A stretch of DNA of 64,000 nt, taken from contig NMRA01000489.1 in assembly GCA_002633005.1 (NCBI GenBank), positions 78,982 to 142,981 of the forward strand, read 5' to 3'. The stretch is from Phoronis australis. Lineage: Eukaryota > Animalia > Phoronida. A model generated the notes under the pieces. That model was not told where the DNA came from and made no database searches. It worked only from the letters and a program-made list of their open reading frames with translations. The stretch's first letter is position 1, and each line of letters opens with the position of its first letter. Below, piece after piece: positions 62,422 through 64,000 of this stretch. Made by a program: the position numbers and the translations under genes.

Positions 62422-64000
62422 TTGAGTTGCTATTTGGAGTGTTTCATGTAGCTGGGCACAGACCTCCTTGCTTGTATGTAGAATGTCGTAAGGTGTGAAT
62501 TTTCGAAACAAACATCTGGAAACGGGTTTGGATGGCTCAATAGGGCAGTTTTTGGACATTGGCGTAGGAAACATTTGGTGGCTGAGGGGAGGATAGTCTG
62601 TTAATTGTTCAATTTTATTTCAAAACAAATTTTGTGTATTGAAAGTTTTGACAATTAATTGTTAAATAAATGATATTAACACCTGGAATATTGGGGGGCA
62701 GAAAGCTGTCTCCGCCCCCAACTTTTTGGTTGAGGGGTGCCCCACTCCCCGTTTTTGCTCCTACCTCTTCTTCAGCAGATCTATGTCGTTTATTACTTCC
62801 CTGACCCCCCTGGACAAAATTCTACAGGTTATGTATCTTCCTACCCTCCACTCGATTACTTTCACCTGCTCACCTCTGATTATTGAGTCACCCTCTTGCT
62901 TATGATGTATTTCTCGTAATATTTATTACCTTTGCTGCCCAATTTTTTTTTTGATTTACTCTATATTGTGCTATGTGTATTTTTCCATTACACTGCCCAT
63001 ATTTTTGTTCTCAATATTTTGAACAAAGGCACATCACAATTTTGAATTTGGCAAACTAAAATCGGCCGTGGTATTCTAGGCCTCAAGTACTTCGTCGCCG
63101 CACACACACCCGCTAGATGTCGCCACGGTCCATAACACAATAATGGCGGCGGCCAAGGTGAATAGACAGTTATTGAAGATTCTTGACCTTACTTCTTTGG
63201 TGTGATAAATTTGGTTATTTTTGTCAAGAAACTGAACAAAATGTAATCGCAGAGTAGCTATTTTCACAAGCGTTGTTGTTGGTGTCATTCGTGATTCGGA
63301 AGCAGAAGATACTGTTTTCGTTATTGCTTGAAATAACAGGTGCTGACGTACTTATTGTCAATAGCTCACATGCGAGTTTCTCGTTAGTCGATGTGACGTC
63401 ACCGGAAAAGGGGCAAAACCCGCCATATTGCTCTTGTTTGGCCCCGAGTCTTTGCTACACACGCTAAATTTTACTGAAGTTCTTATGGTGAATTGTACGC
63501 TTAAAACGTTAACACAACTTAAAGATGGTAGATGGATCGTGGAATAACTCATGGACGAAGAAAATGTGAACTTGTTATGTTGTGCGAAGCTGTGAACGGG
63601 CTGAAATTGGAACTCAACCCGGTCTAGGCCTGAATGCAGGCACACAGGGGCGATAGTTTCTCCCCATAAAAAGTTACTCACTTCAAAATGCAGCAAATAA
63701 AATCAAATGAAATATGCATATGCGCACATGGAGTTATAATTAATTAACACATACCCTGACTCTGGATACAATTTAGACTACAAATAACTTGAACCTATCC
63801 ATGAAAACCTCGCGGTTTAATTCGCTCAAGTTTCTCTCACAGGGCGCCATTTTGAGGAAGTTACGTGAAATCACGAACAATAAGTCCAAGGAACACAAAT
63901 CTTACAAATTCACTTGATATGTTCTCATGTTATTTTGCAAGTGTCACGCGCCAGGTCTCGCGGTTCACTCAGTCTCGCGCTAGCCTTTGCCTCATACTCA

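Noticed and set aside
63076-63288. ORF ending ...IIVLWTVATSSGCVCGDEVLEA resembling signal peptide + insulin B-chain start (second ILP gene)
   Set aside because: Stops before the second B-chain Cys, has no donor site, and this segment is an inverted copy of the non-coding repeat at 60485-60536.

Overview
Eukaryotic, AT-rich, intron-containing DNA from what looks like a bilaterian invertebrate; the species cannot be determined from sequence alone. Only one intact host gene is supportable: a minus-strand insulin/IGF-family prepropeptide with two coding exons (8878-8722 and 2557-1812) joined by a 6.2-kb phase-1 GT-AG intron. It encodes 300 aa: signal peptide, B chain, multibasic C-peptide, A chain and a 183-aa mucin-like/basic extension. 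The remaining ~55 kb upstream has no recognisable intact host gene and is full of mobile-element debris: an internally deleted TTAA-flanked Kolobok-like transposon (THAP fragment plus a convergent second-gene fragment), several TTAA-flanked and 5-bp-TSD MITEs, two decayed LINE fragments, an ISL2EU-like SWIM exon remnant, a second THAP pseudogene, a solo LTR carrying canonical heat-shock elements, a ~1.3-kb foldback palindrome with CTCF-like motifs, and a ~1.1-kb compound trinucleotide microsatellite. Most short ORFs in the supplied track are judged spurious. Family assignments are from motif recognition by eye, not database searches.
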